A stretch of 64,000 nucleotides of DNA, taken from assembly GCA_051294905.1 (NCBI GenBank), contig CM119371.1:11534001-11598000 (forward strand), written 5' to 3'. Source of the stretch: Botryllus schlosseri. Taxonomy: Eukaryota. The stretch's first letter is position 1; the number at the start of each line of letters is the position of its first letter. The position numbers were made by a program, and so were the translations under genes. Below the pieces are notes generated by a model. It saw only the letters and a list, made by a program, of their open reading frames with translations. It did no database searches and was not told the DNA's origin. Below are positions 1 to 12,707 of the stretch, one piece after another.

Positions 1-2446
1 ATTTTCTAATACCTCATTCCCATAGTTTTCTTAATAAAATTAGTATTCATTTTACAAAAAACGTCGTGTAAAGGTAAAGTACTTGTACATTTCGTAGTGC
101 TCAAGTATAAGTTTTTAAACTATTAACTTGATAAAATGTTCAGAATATCAACTTTTTGCGTAAAGTCTGTCTTGCATTTAGTTGCCGGCTCTGAAAGCAA
201 GCAAAGTTTGTGGTATTTGCGCAACATCGAAATTTGTACACTTGACGCTTATCTTATGTCGAAAACATAAGTTAGTTAACAATATTTCGAATCATGGGTA
301 TGAATAATTTTTAAAAACCTAAATATGGCGCATCCAAACTTCGTAAATTCTTTCGGTTAGTTTTTGTCGTTTTTATCTACTTTAAAAGACTCATTCAGAC
401 CTCGAAGCTACGTGAACACTTGTTCATTGGAACTTGAGTCCAACACCAAAAAGATCTACTTTACAAAGCTCTACTCTGAAAGCAAGCAAAGTTCGTATTA
501 TTTGATCAACATGGAAATTCGTGCACTTTGCGATGATAATTTAAAATATAGAGTATTAAAGTCATTAATGCATCGGTCGCAATTCCGCTCGAATACAAGT
601 AGAGATTTCAAAGTAAGTAAGTGGTTATGTTCGTAGACTAACCCCACTTCTACGTAACGATAACGGGTTTTCATAGAAATCTGCTTACTTTTATAACTTT
701 ATATTTTGTGAAGTAGAGAGTAGTTTAAGGTTATGTTTGTCTAACCTTGACGAGTGCTATTGTCACACTCGATTACCATCTTTAATTCATGGCTATCTCA
801 ATGATGTTGACTAAATTTACGGCTTCAGAACGTGCTAATTAGACCTAATCGTTATAACGCTGGGGTTCGCGTACAGGTATCGAAAGTGTTTATATAATTA
901 AAGCCCCGCGAATCGCACGCCTGCGGCTATAGTTCGTTCGATTATTTTCGCCTGGGGATTCGCGTATTGCTGCTAAGCTGTTACGACTTTAGAAAATTCT
1001 ACAAGACTATTCGGAACGCGCACATGCGAGTGATTTGTTTCCGTAGCTACGAACTGGAGAATCGCTTGCCTGCGTCTAATGAAAATAAGTCGTAAAATGT
1101 GGAGGCTGCAGAGACCGTAACTTGTATACATAAAATCAAGTTTAAAAATATGGACGGATGAGTTATCTCTGACCAATAGAGTAATATAACCGCCTATAGT
1201 TTAGTGGGGTATTGCTATAATGTATATCCAAACAATCGTTGCAGACTCTGAATGTTACCTAGGTCCTTATCACAAAAAATCATGCATCAGAAGCGTAGGG
1301 ATTCATATTATCAAGTCGCAGCGCTCAAAATCGCATTTTATATTAAGTAATTAGTGATGATGTGTAGAATTTTGATATTAATAATATTATCCGGAGAATA
1401 TAGCCTTGCATAGACATCATAGTTTTCGCATTTATGTATAATCTGAATAGGAATTTAAATACATAGTCCTAAATACACATAATAGAAAATCTGTCGATTC
1501 TAGCCAAGGTAAGATTTGACGCGGCAATCATAAGTCGTAAAATGTGGAAACTGCAGAAACCGTAACTTGTACACATAAAATAAAGTTTAAAAAATATGGA
1601 CGGATGATATTAGTCCTAAATACACATAATACAATATCTGAGAAAAGTATCAAGATGCGGCAATCAATGCAGCGATGATATAGCAATGGATGGATGATGT
1701 GGCACTATAGGCGTGGCGCTTGATGATGTGGCACAGATGACGTAGCAGATGAATGTACCCTCAGGGCATGAAAATGGGTGTGGCAATTAGGATGACGTGG
1801 CGCTCTCTGATTGGACGGTCTATAAGGTCGATACCCTCACTACTTGCGTCTGGGTATACAAAGAGCTGTCGTACATCGATATATATCTTACGTTGTAGTA
1901 ATGATAAGCATTTGCAGTAAATCATTATGGTAAGGACTGTAAATATCCGTCTACGAACACTAAAATGACTAATATGGGGTCACAACAGTTTGAGTTATAA
2001 GCCTTAGAACTTACCATACGCGCGCGCATCACGAACCATGACTCACTCTCTCGGCGGTCTGCCGCGAGCTGACTAAAACGGTCGGCATAGTTTTGATTAG
2101 AAATTAGCGCCTGCTAGACGTAGACCGTCGACTCAGGGCTCTCTAGAACGATGAATTCTAAGCCTATATAATACACCAGACTGTATCGTCGTCGAATACC
2201 TATACCAAGGTTCATAAAGTACGCAATTTAGCATGTCTGTTCCCAACCAACGTTTTCTCGGCTTGCTGTTGATATAAGTGGCCAGACACAGAGCTCAAAA
2301 TGATTTGAGTGGCGCAATCGGATCCGCGTTGAAATTCTGAATCGAACGCTACCTTGTTTACCGTGCTCCAATCCCATTAAGGTACAGTTTTTCGATTTTG
2401 AAAATTGAAGTAAAATTTTTCGAAAATTGCAGCCGATGCCATTCGG

Positions 2447-2836
2447 TTGAAGCGATTGGACAAAAACGATGTTAAACAAATTATGGAGCTACAAAGGCAA
2501 GACATTCCACCAGCGCTGAATGCAAAACTGCAGAAGTGTCAACCCACATCAGCATCTGTGAAGCGCTCATTTTCCTTACTAAAGTCATTTTTACGTCCAA
2601 ATTGTCACTTTAAAGACTCCAACATTCCACACTATATGAAACTGAACTACAACAGTGGTTTAAAATAAAAATGGATGCGTATTACTGTTACGTAGTGTAT
2701 GTGTTACTCGTCAGTTACATGAGTGACGTTGGTTACATGTAAAATTTCACTATTTTTTCATAAAGTCATATAAAGTCATATTTTCCATAAAATAAAGTCA
2801 TATAATTGAATTTACGGTCATATAAAAATGGCCCTA
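2447..2836 (+). mobile_element. 3' fragment of a hAT-like DNA transposon
   Basis: CQPTSASVKRSFSLL resembles the hAT S..ERxFS motif; it ends in AAAAATGGCCCTA. Confidence 0.55.
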
Positions 2837-4049
2837 GTTATGACTCGAGTCCGAGTCCAAGTCACAGTATTGAAATCATATTCAACTCATATTTTCAATC
2901 CTGCTTGGATGATATCGAATTCCTTGCTTGCCAAACATGCTCATTTTGTCCCTATCAGAGTCATGGTACATGCTTATTTAGGCAGATAACGGTCAGTTCC
3001 TGGTCTCATTTACCGATGCTACAGATAGACGAGACAGGCCGCCAATCTGATAACTTTACTAATCCTAAAACTTAAAATCAATTATCTGTCTTGTCAGTCT
3101 GATACATTACAAATACAAGCATTCAGTTTTTATTACGAGCACATCGACGACAGCTCACAAATAGCTGATAGAGAACCAACGAATTCACGTCTAGATACCA
3201 GCTGATAGAGAATCAACAGATGCATGTTTGTGTACGGGTATTTTCACCAGGCCAGCATGCTGTAAAAGGGTGCATGCAGCTATGCCCAGTGACAAAAAAC
3301 AGATACCTTTTGATATAACTAAAGGTTTTCCCAATTGCATTACAGACTACATCGCAGTTACAGCATTGGAGAAATAATTGGGGCTGTTAAAAAACAATTT
3401 TTCCAATTTTCCGGCTACTTCTTAGAATTGTTAGATTGCCTGAAAAAAAGCTCAAATTTGGCTCAATTCCGACCGGTAGAAAGTAATGCTCTGGGAGAAA
3501 ATTTTGGATTCATTACGAATACAGATTTTCTAATTTTACTGGCTACCTCATGATATTGTTAGATTGTTCAATTCCAACAAGGAGAAGCGAAGTTATTAGA
3601 GTAGGATATTTTGGATATGAAAAAATAGTCGGCTTACCACTAGTATGTAATTATATTATATGAAAGAATTTCTCACTAAAAACAATCCATTAATTTTCAA
3701 ATCCAAAATTTTCTCTTCTCATATCATTGATTCTACTTTTTAAAATTTAACCAGATTCAGTGTTCTTTTAGCGCAACATAACAATTTTACCAAGTAGCCA
3801 TCAAGTAAAATAAAAAAAGAAGTTATTTTTGAATAGCCCTACTGTACAAACATCACACAACATTAGCCATTCATTATTACTAACGTGCACAATGCACATA
3901 CCTAATAAAACGTCAAAAGGGCGGAGGGTATGGTGTGTTTTCACAGACGGCAGATCAAATGAATGATGAGTTACACTTCAAAAATACCAAAGTGGAGAGA
4001 AAATCCTAAGATATATTAAAGCGGCATGTCCTTGGAATAAATCCACGTC

Positions 4050-4259
4050 TACTCACTTTCCACTGGTGCACTAGATGCAGGAATTGACAAGCATTTTTGA
4101 ACTTCACTGAAGAGCGTTGGATACTCATTCTTTCTAGTCGCCCAAAATTGCAAATAATCATCGCCTTCAAATCTACACATGAGCTTATAAGTCTCTTCCA
4201 AGTACTTGACCACCTGAGTCATTACATTGGCTCTAATTGAACTTTGCTTCGATTCTTTG
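4050..4259 (-). pseudogene. hAT transposase dimerisation-domain remnant (continues at 9062-9110 beyond the gypsy insertion)
   Basis: KYLEET...DYLQFWATRKNEYPTLFSEVQKCLSIPASSAPVES. A likely TIR end at 9433 (CAGGGTTGTAATGACTCGAGTC on the minus strand). Confidence 0.75.
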
Positions 4260-4514
4260 TGTTATGTTCGTGCATTTTACGTTGGTATCGTTTGTTTCGT
4301 ATTTGTCTAGGATTAGTAATTACCGCCAATCATTATTTCCTCGTGTGTCGTGCTTTGTATTTATACCCTGTGTTCTGTTGACTCGTCGTCTTTTCATTTA
4401 ACTGCACTCCGGATCGTGTCGCAGCCTTAAAGTTATTCTGCTGATAATATACTGATTTCTTATTGCAACCTCGTCGTATTGAGTTATTGTTCAAACAAGA
4501 TCAAGAACATAACA
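4260..4514 (+). repeat. 5' LTR of gypsy element
   Basis: Direct repeat of 8807-9061, TG...CA termini. Confidence 0.95.
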
Positions 4515-4516
4515 AT

Positions 4517-4536
4517 TGGTGTCAGAAGTCGGATTC
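4517..4536 (+). promoter_or_regulatory. Primer-binding site complementary to the 3' end of tRNA-Leu
   Basis: TGGTGTCAGAAGTCGGATTC, 2 nt after the LTR. Matches the tRNA-Leu(CAA) complement TGGTGTCAGAAGTGGGATTC (from memory) with one mismatch. Confidence 0.75.
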
Positions 4537-4540
4537 ATAG

Positions 4541-7015
4541 TTGTTTCTGCGACGAACATATATCATAGAAGCAAGTATATTGAAGCTTCTAGAGAAGCAG
4601 CAAGAAATGATGGCGAAGCAACAAAAGCAGCGTAAAGAAACAATGGCAAATCAAAATGCACAGCGTAAAGAAGATATGGAGCAGCAAAATGCTCGGCACA
4701 GGGAAGATTTGGACCAACAACGCGCACAGCATAAAGAAGATATGGCACAGCAAAAGCTGCAGCATGAGCAAGCCATATCGCAATCAGCGCAGAGGTTGAG
4801 TCCCGGTGCGTCAACATCTGAAGCTACCGCTCCCAAGTTTGATTCGTTCATCAAATCAAAGGAGAAATGGGACCAATATCTGCAACGATTCAACCACCAC
4901 CTTGCAATTTACGGCATTTCCAATATGGAGAAGAAAAGAGCGTGTCTACTCTCATGGGTTGGACCTGAAACGTACTCGCTCCTACGTAATTTGTTCGGTG
5001 CTGCTGATGTCAGTGCACAAACCTTCGACGCGTTGACCGAGAAGTTGTCTACACACTTCAAGGACTCCATTCATGTGCAAGCAGCCAGGTACGAATTTTA
5101 CAATTGCAAAATGCAGCCGGGACAATCGTACGCCGATTGGATCGCTACTCTACGCGGAATCTCCAAGGATTGCAACTTCATATGCTCAAGAGATGGCTGT
5201 GATCAGAGCTACGTTGATGAGCTAATGCGCGATCTCATCATTAAAGAAACGCCGCACGCGGATGTGAGACGGCATTGTCTAACACAAACCAATCCATCCC
5301 TTGACGACGTTCTCAAAGTAGCCGCAACATACGTGAGAACGCTGGAAACCGATAGGGTTATCCAGGGCGAGAGTAACGCTAAAGACACTTCCATCGTCAA
5401 CGAAATGACGGGAAGTTATCAGATGGGGAGAAAACCTTCCAAATCCAACCAAGGCAACTTCCCGGAAAGACTGAAATCCTGCAGCCGCTGTTTCATCGAT
5501 CACCAGAGAAAAGACTGTCAATATCGACATTCAGTATGTCAGAAATGTGGTCGTAAAGGTCATATCAAACCTGTGTGCATGTCTACCAAACCTAGTATCA
5601 CGCAACAGGTCACATCCGTCAATTTCTGCTCAGTGCCGCTCCTCTCCTTCGACATCGATCAACTATATCGACACGTAGGAAACCAGCTCTGGATCAACTC
5701 CAGCATCAACGGCATTCCGTTGCCGACACAGTGGGACACTGGTGCACCCTCCGCCATGGTGGGATTGACTGGGTACAAAACTTTGGGCTCTCCGAAACTT
5801 TCGGCATACCATTGCTCTTTCGTAGCGTATGGCGACAAGCCACTGAAAGTGAAAGGTATTTGCACCGTCACCGTGCAGCTGGGTTGCGAAGTTCGAGTTG
5901 GCTTAAAATTGGTGGTTCTCGACGAACACCATGGGCAAAACATTTTTGGTCTCGATTGGAGCGATGCTTTCTCCATGACCGCTAAGGGAACGTCTGCTTT
6001 GGATGAAATTTCCTCGCAGATGGTCAAATCGCAATCATGTAATACTGTTGACATTTGTGATTCGAACGACAAATTGGTATCTTTTCAGTCCAAATTTCCC
6101 TCTGTTTTCTCTAATGTGTTAGGACGATGCACCAAGACAAAGGTGACAATTCACTTGAAACCTAATGCCAAGCCCGTATTCAACAAGCCACGCCCTTTGC
6201 CTTTCGCAAGGCAAATCGCTGTTCAAACCGAATTGGATAGATTAGTCAATCAAGGTATCCTCGAACCAATCAATTACAGTGATTGGGCAGCACCAATTGT
6301 TGCCGTCACTAAATCAAATGGATCAGTACGCATTTGTGGTGACTTCAAAGCATTGAATCAACAAATTCAAATAGATCAACATCCCCTGCCCTCCTTAGAT
6401 GAAATCCTTCACAAGTTACAGGGTGGTTGTATTTTCTCGAAAATTGATCTTGCCGACGCTTATTTCCAGCTAGAATTAGATGATGATGCGAAGAATTTGT
6501 GTGTCATCAACACGCAATTCGGTCTATTCCGTTATCGACGGATGTGTTTCGGAGTCGCATCTAGCCCCGCAAATTTTCAACGTTGTATTGATGCCATGAT
6601 CGCCGGCTTACCCGGTGTTGCTAGTTTTATCGATGACATAATCGTTACTGGCATTGATGCACGCGATCATTTTCGCAACTTATCGCTACTCTTTGAGCGC
6701 CTCACCGAATACGGTTTCACCGTCAACTTCGCGAAATGTGAATTTTTCAAAAGTAGTATCGAGTATCTTGGTCACATAATTGACAAAGATGGCAAACGCC
6801 CGTCTAACAAATCCGTTGAAGCAATCAAACAGTTGCCTAAGCCTCAGGATGTTCGCCAGCTACAGGCATTCCTGGGCAAAGTCAATTATTATCGCGCGTT
6901 TATTCCTAATTTCACGAATAAAGCCGCTGCCTTGTATCGCCTTCTTCAAAGAGACGCGAAATTCATTTGGAATACGACTGTGACGCAGCTTTTCGCATTC
7001 TCAAAAACGACGTAA
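4541..7015 (+). CDS. gag-pol: Gypsy Gag-protease-reverse transcriptase polyprotein
   Basis: CCHC knuckle CQKCGRKGHIKPVC, protease DTGA, RT motifs KIDLADAY, MCFG and FIDD. Confidence 0.93.
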   Translation: MFLRRTYIIEASILKLLEKQQEMMAKQQKQRKETMANQNAQRKEDMEQQNARHREDLDQQRAQHKEDMAQQKLQHEQAISQSAQRLSPGASTSEATAPKFDSFIKSKEKWDQYLQRFNHHLAIYGISNMEKKRACLLSWVGPETYSLLRNLFGAADVSAQTFDALTEKLSTHFKDSIHVQAARYEFYNCKMQPGQSYADWIATLRGISKDCNFICSRDGCDQSYVDELMRDLIIKETPHADVRRHCLTQTNPSLDDVLKVAATYVRTLETDRVIQGESNAKDTSIVNEMTGSYQMGRKPSKSNQGNFPERLKSCSRCFIDHQRKDCQYRHSVCQKCGRKGHIKPVCMSTKPSITQQVTSVNFCSVPLLSFDIDQLYRHVGNQLWINSSINGIPLPTQWDTGAPSAMVGLTGYKTLGSPKLSAYHCSFVAYGDKPLKVKGICTVTVQLGCEVRVGLKLVVLDEHHGQNIFGLDWSDAFSMTAKGTSALDEISSQMVKSQSCNTVDICDSNDKLVSFQSKFPSVFSNVLGRCTKTKVTIHLKPNAKPVFNKPRPLPFARQIAVQTELDRLVNQGILEPINYSDWAAPIVAVTKSNGSVRICGDFKALNQQIQIDQHPLPSLDEILHKLQGGCIFSKIDLADAYFQLELDDDAKNLCVINTQFGLFRYRRMCFGVASSPANFQRCIDAMIAGLPGVASFIDDIIVTGIDARDHFRNLSLLFERLTEYGFTVNFAKCEFFKSSIEYLGHIIDKDGKRPSNKSVEAIKQLPKPQDVRQLQAFLGKVNYYRAFIPNFTNKAAALYRLLQRDAKFIWNTTVTQLFAFSKTT

Positions 7016-8790
7016 TCGACGCTACGCAGTTAGCTCATTATGATATAAACAAGCATCTCATTTTGTCAACGGATGCCTCTCAATTCGGAATCGGCGCTGT
7101 CCTCTCAATCGAGCACAATGGCGAAGAGAGACCGATCGCGCACGCATCGAAAACGCTTTCCGATTCGCAAAAATCCTACTCTCAAATAGAGAAGGAAGCT
7201 CTGTCAATCATTTACGGAGTCACTAAATTTCGTCAATTCTTGTATGGTAGAAAATTTACGCTCGTAACGGACCACAAACCGCTTTTAGCTATTTTCTCGC
7301 CAGACAAGAAAATTCCCGTGATTACAGCGATGGGCACTAACGCTCATGGCTTACCAATACGATATTCGCTATAAACCGACTAATCATCACGGAAACGCCG
7401 ACGGTTTATCTCGCCTACCAAAGGGTCCAGACCCTGAGTTTGACGAACTGGAAATTCGTGAAAACGCGGAGATCGTTCACGCTATTAATATGGCATTCGA
7501 TAACTTACCGTTAACTCGCAATGAAATTCGCGACGCGACGCTGAAGGACAAAACCATGAAACTAGTAAAATTATCTGTCACTCATGGTAATTGGAATCCA
7601 AAGACGCACATTGATGATTTTTCTTGGTTTACGACTCGCAAACATTCGCTTTCTCTGCACGAAGACATAGTCATGCTCAATATTGTTGGTTTTCAGCGCG
7701 TAGTAATTCCGCAGTCACTTCGCTCGCGAGTCTTATCATTGTTGCACGAAGGACATTGGGGTATCGCGAAAATGAAGCAGATGGCTCGACGTTACATCGC
7801 ATGGCCTTCCATTATTCGCGACATTGAAAATCTCGTGAAGAGTTGCGACGCTTGCCGTAAGGTAATGAAAGCGCCTGATCGTCAGTATCGCGAATGGACT
7901 AAAACTTCTGAATGCTCCGAATTCACTTGGATTTCGCAGGTCCAATAAACAATAAAATGTTTCTTGTCCTCGTCGATGCGCATTCGAAATATCCTTTCGT
8001 TAAAGTAATGAATGTCGGAGCTACCACAACCTTGTGTGTGGTCGACGCTTTGAGGGAAGTCTTGTCTATCGAAGGCTTGCCCGTAACAATTGTCACGGAT
8101 GGTGGGCCGCAATTCACATCCAATGAATTCGATACGTTTTGTTCGCATATGGCAATCAGCCATATCGTATCACCGTCTTTTCACCCTGCCTCGAACGGGG
8201 AAGCGGAGCGTTTCGTCCAGACTTTAAAAGCTGGATTGATAAAAAATTGCGACGGGGGAAAAGATCTCAACTTCGCGCTCCAAACACTTCTCGCTACGTA
8301 CCGATGTGCACCGCACCCGGGCATAGACTGGAAAACGCCTACCGAGATCTTACATGGTCGACAGCCGCGCAATTTGTTAAGTTTGTGCTCGCCCTTCGAC
8401 AAATCGAAACCCGTTACGTCTGGACAATCAGTCACTCATTTTGAGATTGGTTCCTCGGTTTACGCTCGCAGTTACCGAAGCGGACCAAAGTGGGTTGCTG
8501 GCGTAGTGACGGAAATACTGGGGCGTGTTGTGTACATTATAAAAACAGATCATGGGTATTGGACGAGGCACAAAAACCAACTCCAACCACGCTTGATTTC
8601 CACTGGTCACGATAAAGCCACACAGGAAGTTGCTCACCCTCAACAGTCCCAAGCTGAGCAACCATTGGTCAGGAATAGGGCACAACGCCCTGCAGCTAGT
8701 CCTGCTCGAACGTCGGGCAGACGTTATCCGCTTAGAATTAGAACCCAAACTGATTTCTATTCGGCCAACCTAAATTACCTTGTACTCCTA
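6967..8790 (+). pseudogene. pol: Frameshifted RNase H and integrase part of gypsy pol
   Basis: RNase H TDASQ/YSQIEKEAL/TDHKPL (6967-7374); integrase HHCC HEGHWG..CDAC (7346-7948); core HLDF/TDGG/NGEAER (7912 onward). The pieces lie in different frames. Confidence 0.9.
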
Positions 8791-8806
8791 ACTTGCAGGG
8801 GAGGAC

Positions 8807-9061
8807 TGTTATGTTCGTGCATTTTACGTTGGTATCGTTTGTTTCGTATTTGTCCAGGATTAGTAATTACCGCCAATCATTATTTCCTCATGTGTCGTGC
8901 TTTGTATTTATACCCTGTGTTCTGTTGTCTCGTCGTATTTTCATTTAACTGCACTCTGGATCGTGTCGCTGCCGTAAAGTTATTCTGCTGATAATATACT
9001 GATTCTGTATTGCAACCTCGTCGTATTGAGTTATTGTTCAAACAAGATCAAGAACATAACA
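8807..9061 (+). repeat. 3' LTR of gypsy element
   Basis: Direct repeat of 4260-4514, preceded by the PPT. Confidence 0.95.
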
Positions 9062-9691
9062 CTTTGCTTGTATAATTGAAAAGTCTTGAGCACGGTACTT
9101 TGATTGCGGAGAATTTATTACCTCTTCAATCACTGGATGATTTTTTACAATGATTGCTACTATGCACCATTGTCTGTTGTTTTTACGGCGACCTATCTAG
9201 ACTAGTGCAACGAAAGCAGTGGTGACAAATAGCGATGTCGGCAGAATTCGTCAGATGCGTTGATCTAGCCATTACGATTCGCAAATTTCTTCGTCTTCGA
9301 GTCATATAAAAGAAGCCAAGTCACTGACTGTGGTCGAGTCATTTTCCCATTTCAAGAAAATGACTCGAGTGAAGTCGATTCACAAAAAAATCGTGACTGG
9401 AGTCGAGTGATGACTCGAGTCATTACAACCCTGAACACGTAGGCTACATGACAGCGATATGCAAATGAGTATATTAGGATATGCAGATTCATAATGATTC
9501 GACATATTACGACTAATATATACTTATCAACAAGAGCTTAGGAATTTAGCAGAGGCTCCAATGCTACAGATTGTAAATAAACTTCCATGGGTAAAGTGAT
9601 AGTAATATTAACAGTAATAGCTTCCAAAACATCGTTTGAATCAATTATTTGTAAATTCCATTTTCCAGTCCGCCTGAGACAAGATGTGTAC

Positions 9692-10096
9692 TTTGGCACC
9701 CTGCCGCAAAATTCCTTTTGTAACAATATCGCAGGATTCTTCGACGTAAATATTTCTCATTCGAATAAATGTCACCAAATGCAATAACGCCTCAATGGAA
9801 TATGTAGCAACAGCCACTCGCTCGATCTAAGTCAATAGAACGAACCAGTTAGTAGGAACGGAAAACAAGAACTTAAATGAGTTATCACATGGTCAATACA
9901 TATATACCTGATATCGTCCGAGTCCTTTACCAAGCCAAGCGATAGTATCGGGATAAAGTGAATTAAGATCGATAATAACCAATTCTTCGAAACCGGATTT
10001 TGCAATGAAGCGTCCAACAGACTCCACAAATTTGTCTCCAATTAGCCAGTCCATCATCACATCTAATGACTTTTTCTGAAAGTCCATTACTGACAT
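9692..10096 (-). CDS. Possible distal exons (about 9908-10096 and 9692-9826)
   Basis: Open frame ...FEELVIIDLNSLYPDTIAWLGKGLGRYQ|GTATAT, an 81-bp intron, then ttag|IERVAVATY...RQGAK|GTACAC (135 bp). The upstream acceptor is unclear. Confidence 0.4.
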
Positions 10097-10582
10097 TTAT
10101 AAAATAAAATACTCACTCTCATATTCATGCACCTATGTAGAACTTATTATTTATAGAAATGGTCAACATAAATAGCAATTTGAAAATTTTGGAAACTACG
10201 TGCTTCATCTCAATCTAAAAGTAGAAAATATTGGAATTTATACAGGATTCCAAGTGCAGTCTAACTTAAAATCTTTACATGCTCTGCATGTAATCTATGT
10301 AATCTATGTAATCTATCCCTACGTTTACGAAAAGAACAATCAAGACTAGATACCGACCAATTATCTGTCTCTGATAATATCGAGTCGATCTCACACTTCG
10401 ACAAAAATATCAGTATCAGTTATTAGAGGCAAAATATGTCAACAATTTTAGGGACGTCGCAATATGGCAGTAGTGAGTCAGAGAACCAGGCTATTATTTG
10501 TGACTGCTAGACTGAGAATATTGATCTATTTCATGGCTCACTGTCGCACAATGTACAAATATTGCTTTTCTGGTGTATTTCA

Positions 10583-12474
10583 TAGGGATGGTGTGAGCCT
10601 CTGAAAGGTTCAGGTTCGCGTGCACGCGAACCTTTTTGAAAGGTTCTGTGTCAACGTAAACGTCAACCTCATGAGGTTAGGTGACGTCATATTGCTACTT
10701 CCAACCCTACATTTCAGTGAAGTGTAGCCTGTAATAATGTACACGTTACCTAGCGACCACTCGGGTCATATAAAGCCACAAAGCTGAAGTGAATACTGAC
10801 GTTTTAAACGTCGCCAAATGTATCAACTGGCGCAATAAAATGTTATAATAATCCCATAAAATCAATATCTTCCGTCGCTTTGCCAACAATTTCGACTTGC
10901 AAGGGAACATAAGCTCACGCCTCAACGGTCTAGGCTAGACAGGACAATGTGTTTGGCGTTTGCTCAATATTAACGTAGCAATACTCAGAGTGTAAAACGG
11001 GTTTCTATACTTGCTACCGATATTATCCCATTAACGATTTATACAGCAGTAGCCAACTCCCCAATCGCATGGATTTGTGTTTTATTATACACTAAACATA
11101 TGAAATCAAGATTGACTCCGGGCGCTTGCTAGATTTTTTTACATCAGACAATGATATCAACTTCATTGATTGGTTGAATACGCATCATTCGCTGACTACC
11201 TAGATCAGGGGTGGGCAACATACGGCCCGCGGGTCGGATCCGGCCCGCGACGGGATTTTGTCCGGCCCGCGGACAGTTTTCCGTTTTACATGATAATGTG
11301 GCCCGCGGCCCTAGTCTGCCGAGATTTCCCACTACTTGCTTACAACGTCAAATTTTAGTGACTGCATGTGCATGTTATTATATACGTATATGCGCAGGGT
11401 GCTAGAGTGGAGCTTACGCGTAAGTTCGTCGAAGCGAGAAGACTTGCATTATCGGCATTTGCGGTGTACTCAACCCTAATTTCGTTTGTGGTAATCATGG
11501 TGTTTGTCGACTACAATGGTCAATTACACCAGGCTGATATTTCTTATTTTTCATTCTGTAACCGCCGACTTGTAGCACGGCACACTTCTAGGCTTTTGTA
11601 AGACGAAAACACTGTTCATACCAGCGGTCGCCAACTCAAAACGGGTCGCGGGCCACTTTTCAAATTTCGTAGAGGTCGCGGACCGCTTGAATTCATTATC
11701 GAGGTTTCTCAGGCCACACAGTTGAACAACGATGCTATCTCGTCACCTACTCAACCCTAACGAATATATGTGTTAGTAAATTAGGGGTACCGGGGTTATC
11801 GAACTCCTTGAAATCTTAATTGAGGATTGCACCGTGTGTTGATTGATCAGATAGAAGGAGACATGGCGGCGCCTGTATGACAATGCTATTCTCAATTCCA
11901 CATTGTCTTCGTCATTATCGGCGAGAAATGGCTTTGAAGTGATATTACTGTCGTTAAAATGTATTCATTAAATGCGATTTATTCCTTGTATATGTGGAAT
12001 GTGGATAAATGGGCGAATATTGTATCGATTCAGCAATCCGGCCCGCCAAGTACCTAATTTTCCTATATCCGGCCCGCCGACTCGAGAAGTTGCCCGCCCC
12101 TGACCTAGATGTAGTGTATTTCGCTTCTGATGTTGTGTGAGTACGGGTCATGCTCACAGCAGACAGTCACTAAATATTCACAAACGGGAAGTTGGATATT
12201 TCGAGCAAACTTTTGGAACAAAGCAAGTAAAAGTTTTAAGATTGCCAAGTTGCATATACTCGTTTAGTGTCGACTTTTTTCATGCGGCCAGCGCCATACA
12301 TAGGATGGCCCGCAGTTGAAATGCAATAAATTTCAACCAAGTGAAAATTGAATTTTATGAAGAAGGTTCACAGTATACAGAACCTACCAAGGTTCGTTTG
12401 TGAGCGTGAACCTCTAAATTTCGGGGGTTCACACACAGAACGCGACCGTGAACCTCACGTTCACACCATCCCTA
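10583..12474. mobile_element. hAT (Ac-like TAGGGATG ends) non-autonomous element
   Basis: TIR TAGGGATGGTGTGA; perfect TSD GTATTTCA; subterminal GAACC/GGTTC repeats. Confidence 0.9.
11206..12102. mobile_element. hAT/Charlie MITE nested in 10583-12474
   Basis: TIR CAGGGGTGGGCAAC / GTTGCCCGCCCCTG; TSD ACCTAGAT. The same family starts again at 63666. Confidence 0.92.
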
Positions 12475-12707
12475 GTATTTCATATCCAAACATATCACTG
12501 CAAATCTGTTTAAATGTATGTTTTAAATGTTTTGTTTTCAAAATACGGCTTAAGCTAGATGCCATTCTTTCGGATTAGCGGCTTGGTATATCGGGGTTAT
12601 CGGCAAAGGTGCTACTTATCGGTTTACCGATATCGGCTAAAACCGGTATCGGTCAGGCTCTAACCATGACATATCAGTACTTGAGAGGCTAATTGTATGC
12701 TATTTAT

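Larger units (their letters stand above)
4260..9061 (+). mobile_element. Ty3/gypsy LTR retrotransposon, near full-length with frameshifts
   Basis: 255-bp LTRs 4260-4514 and 8807-9061 (TGTTATGTTC...GAACATAACA, about 10 mismatches by eye). TSD CTTTG on both sides; PBS and PPT (AGGGGAGGAC 8797-8806) present; gag-PR-RT-RH-IN order. Confidence 0.97.

Noticed and set aside
1087..1606. 75-bp direct repeats as LTRs or a Helitron end
   Set aside because: No TG..CA termini, PBS, TSD or hairpin-CTAG found; treated as a local duplication in an unclassified repeat. The duplication at 50121/50743 is similar.
8807..8991. Hydrophobic C-terminal tail of ORF 7912-8991 as an env-like or transmembrane domain
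   Set aside because: It is read-through into the T-rich 3' LTR.
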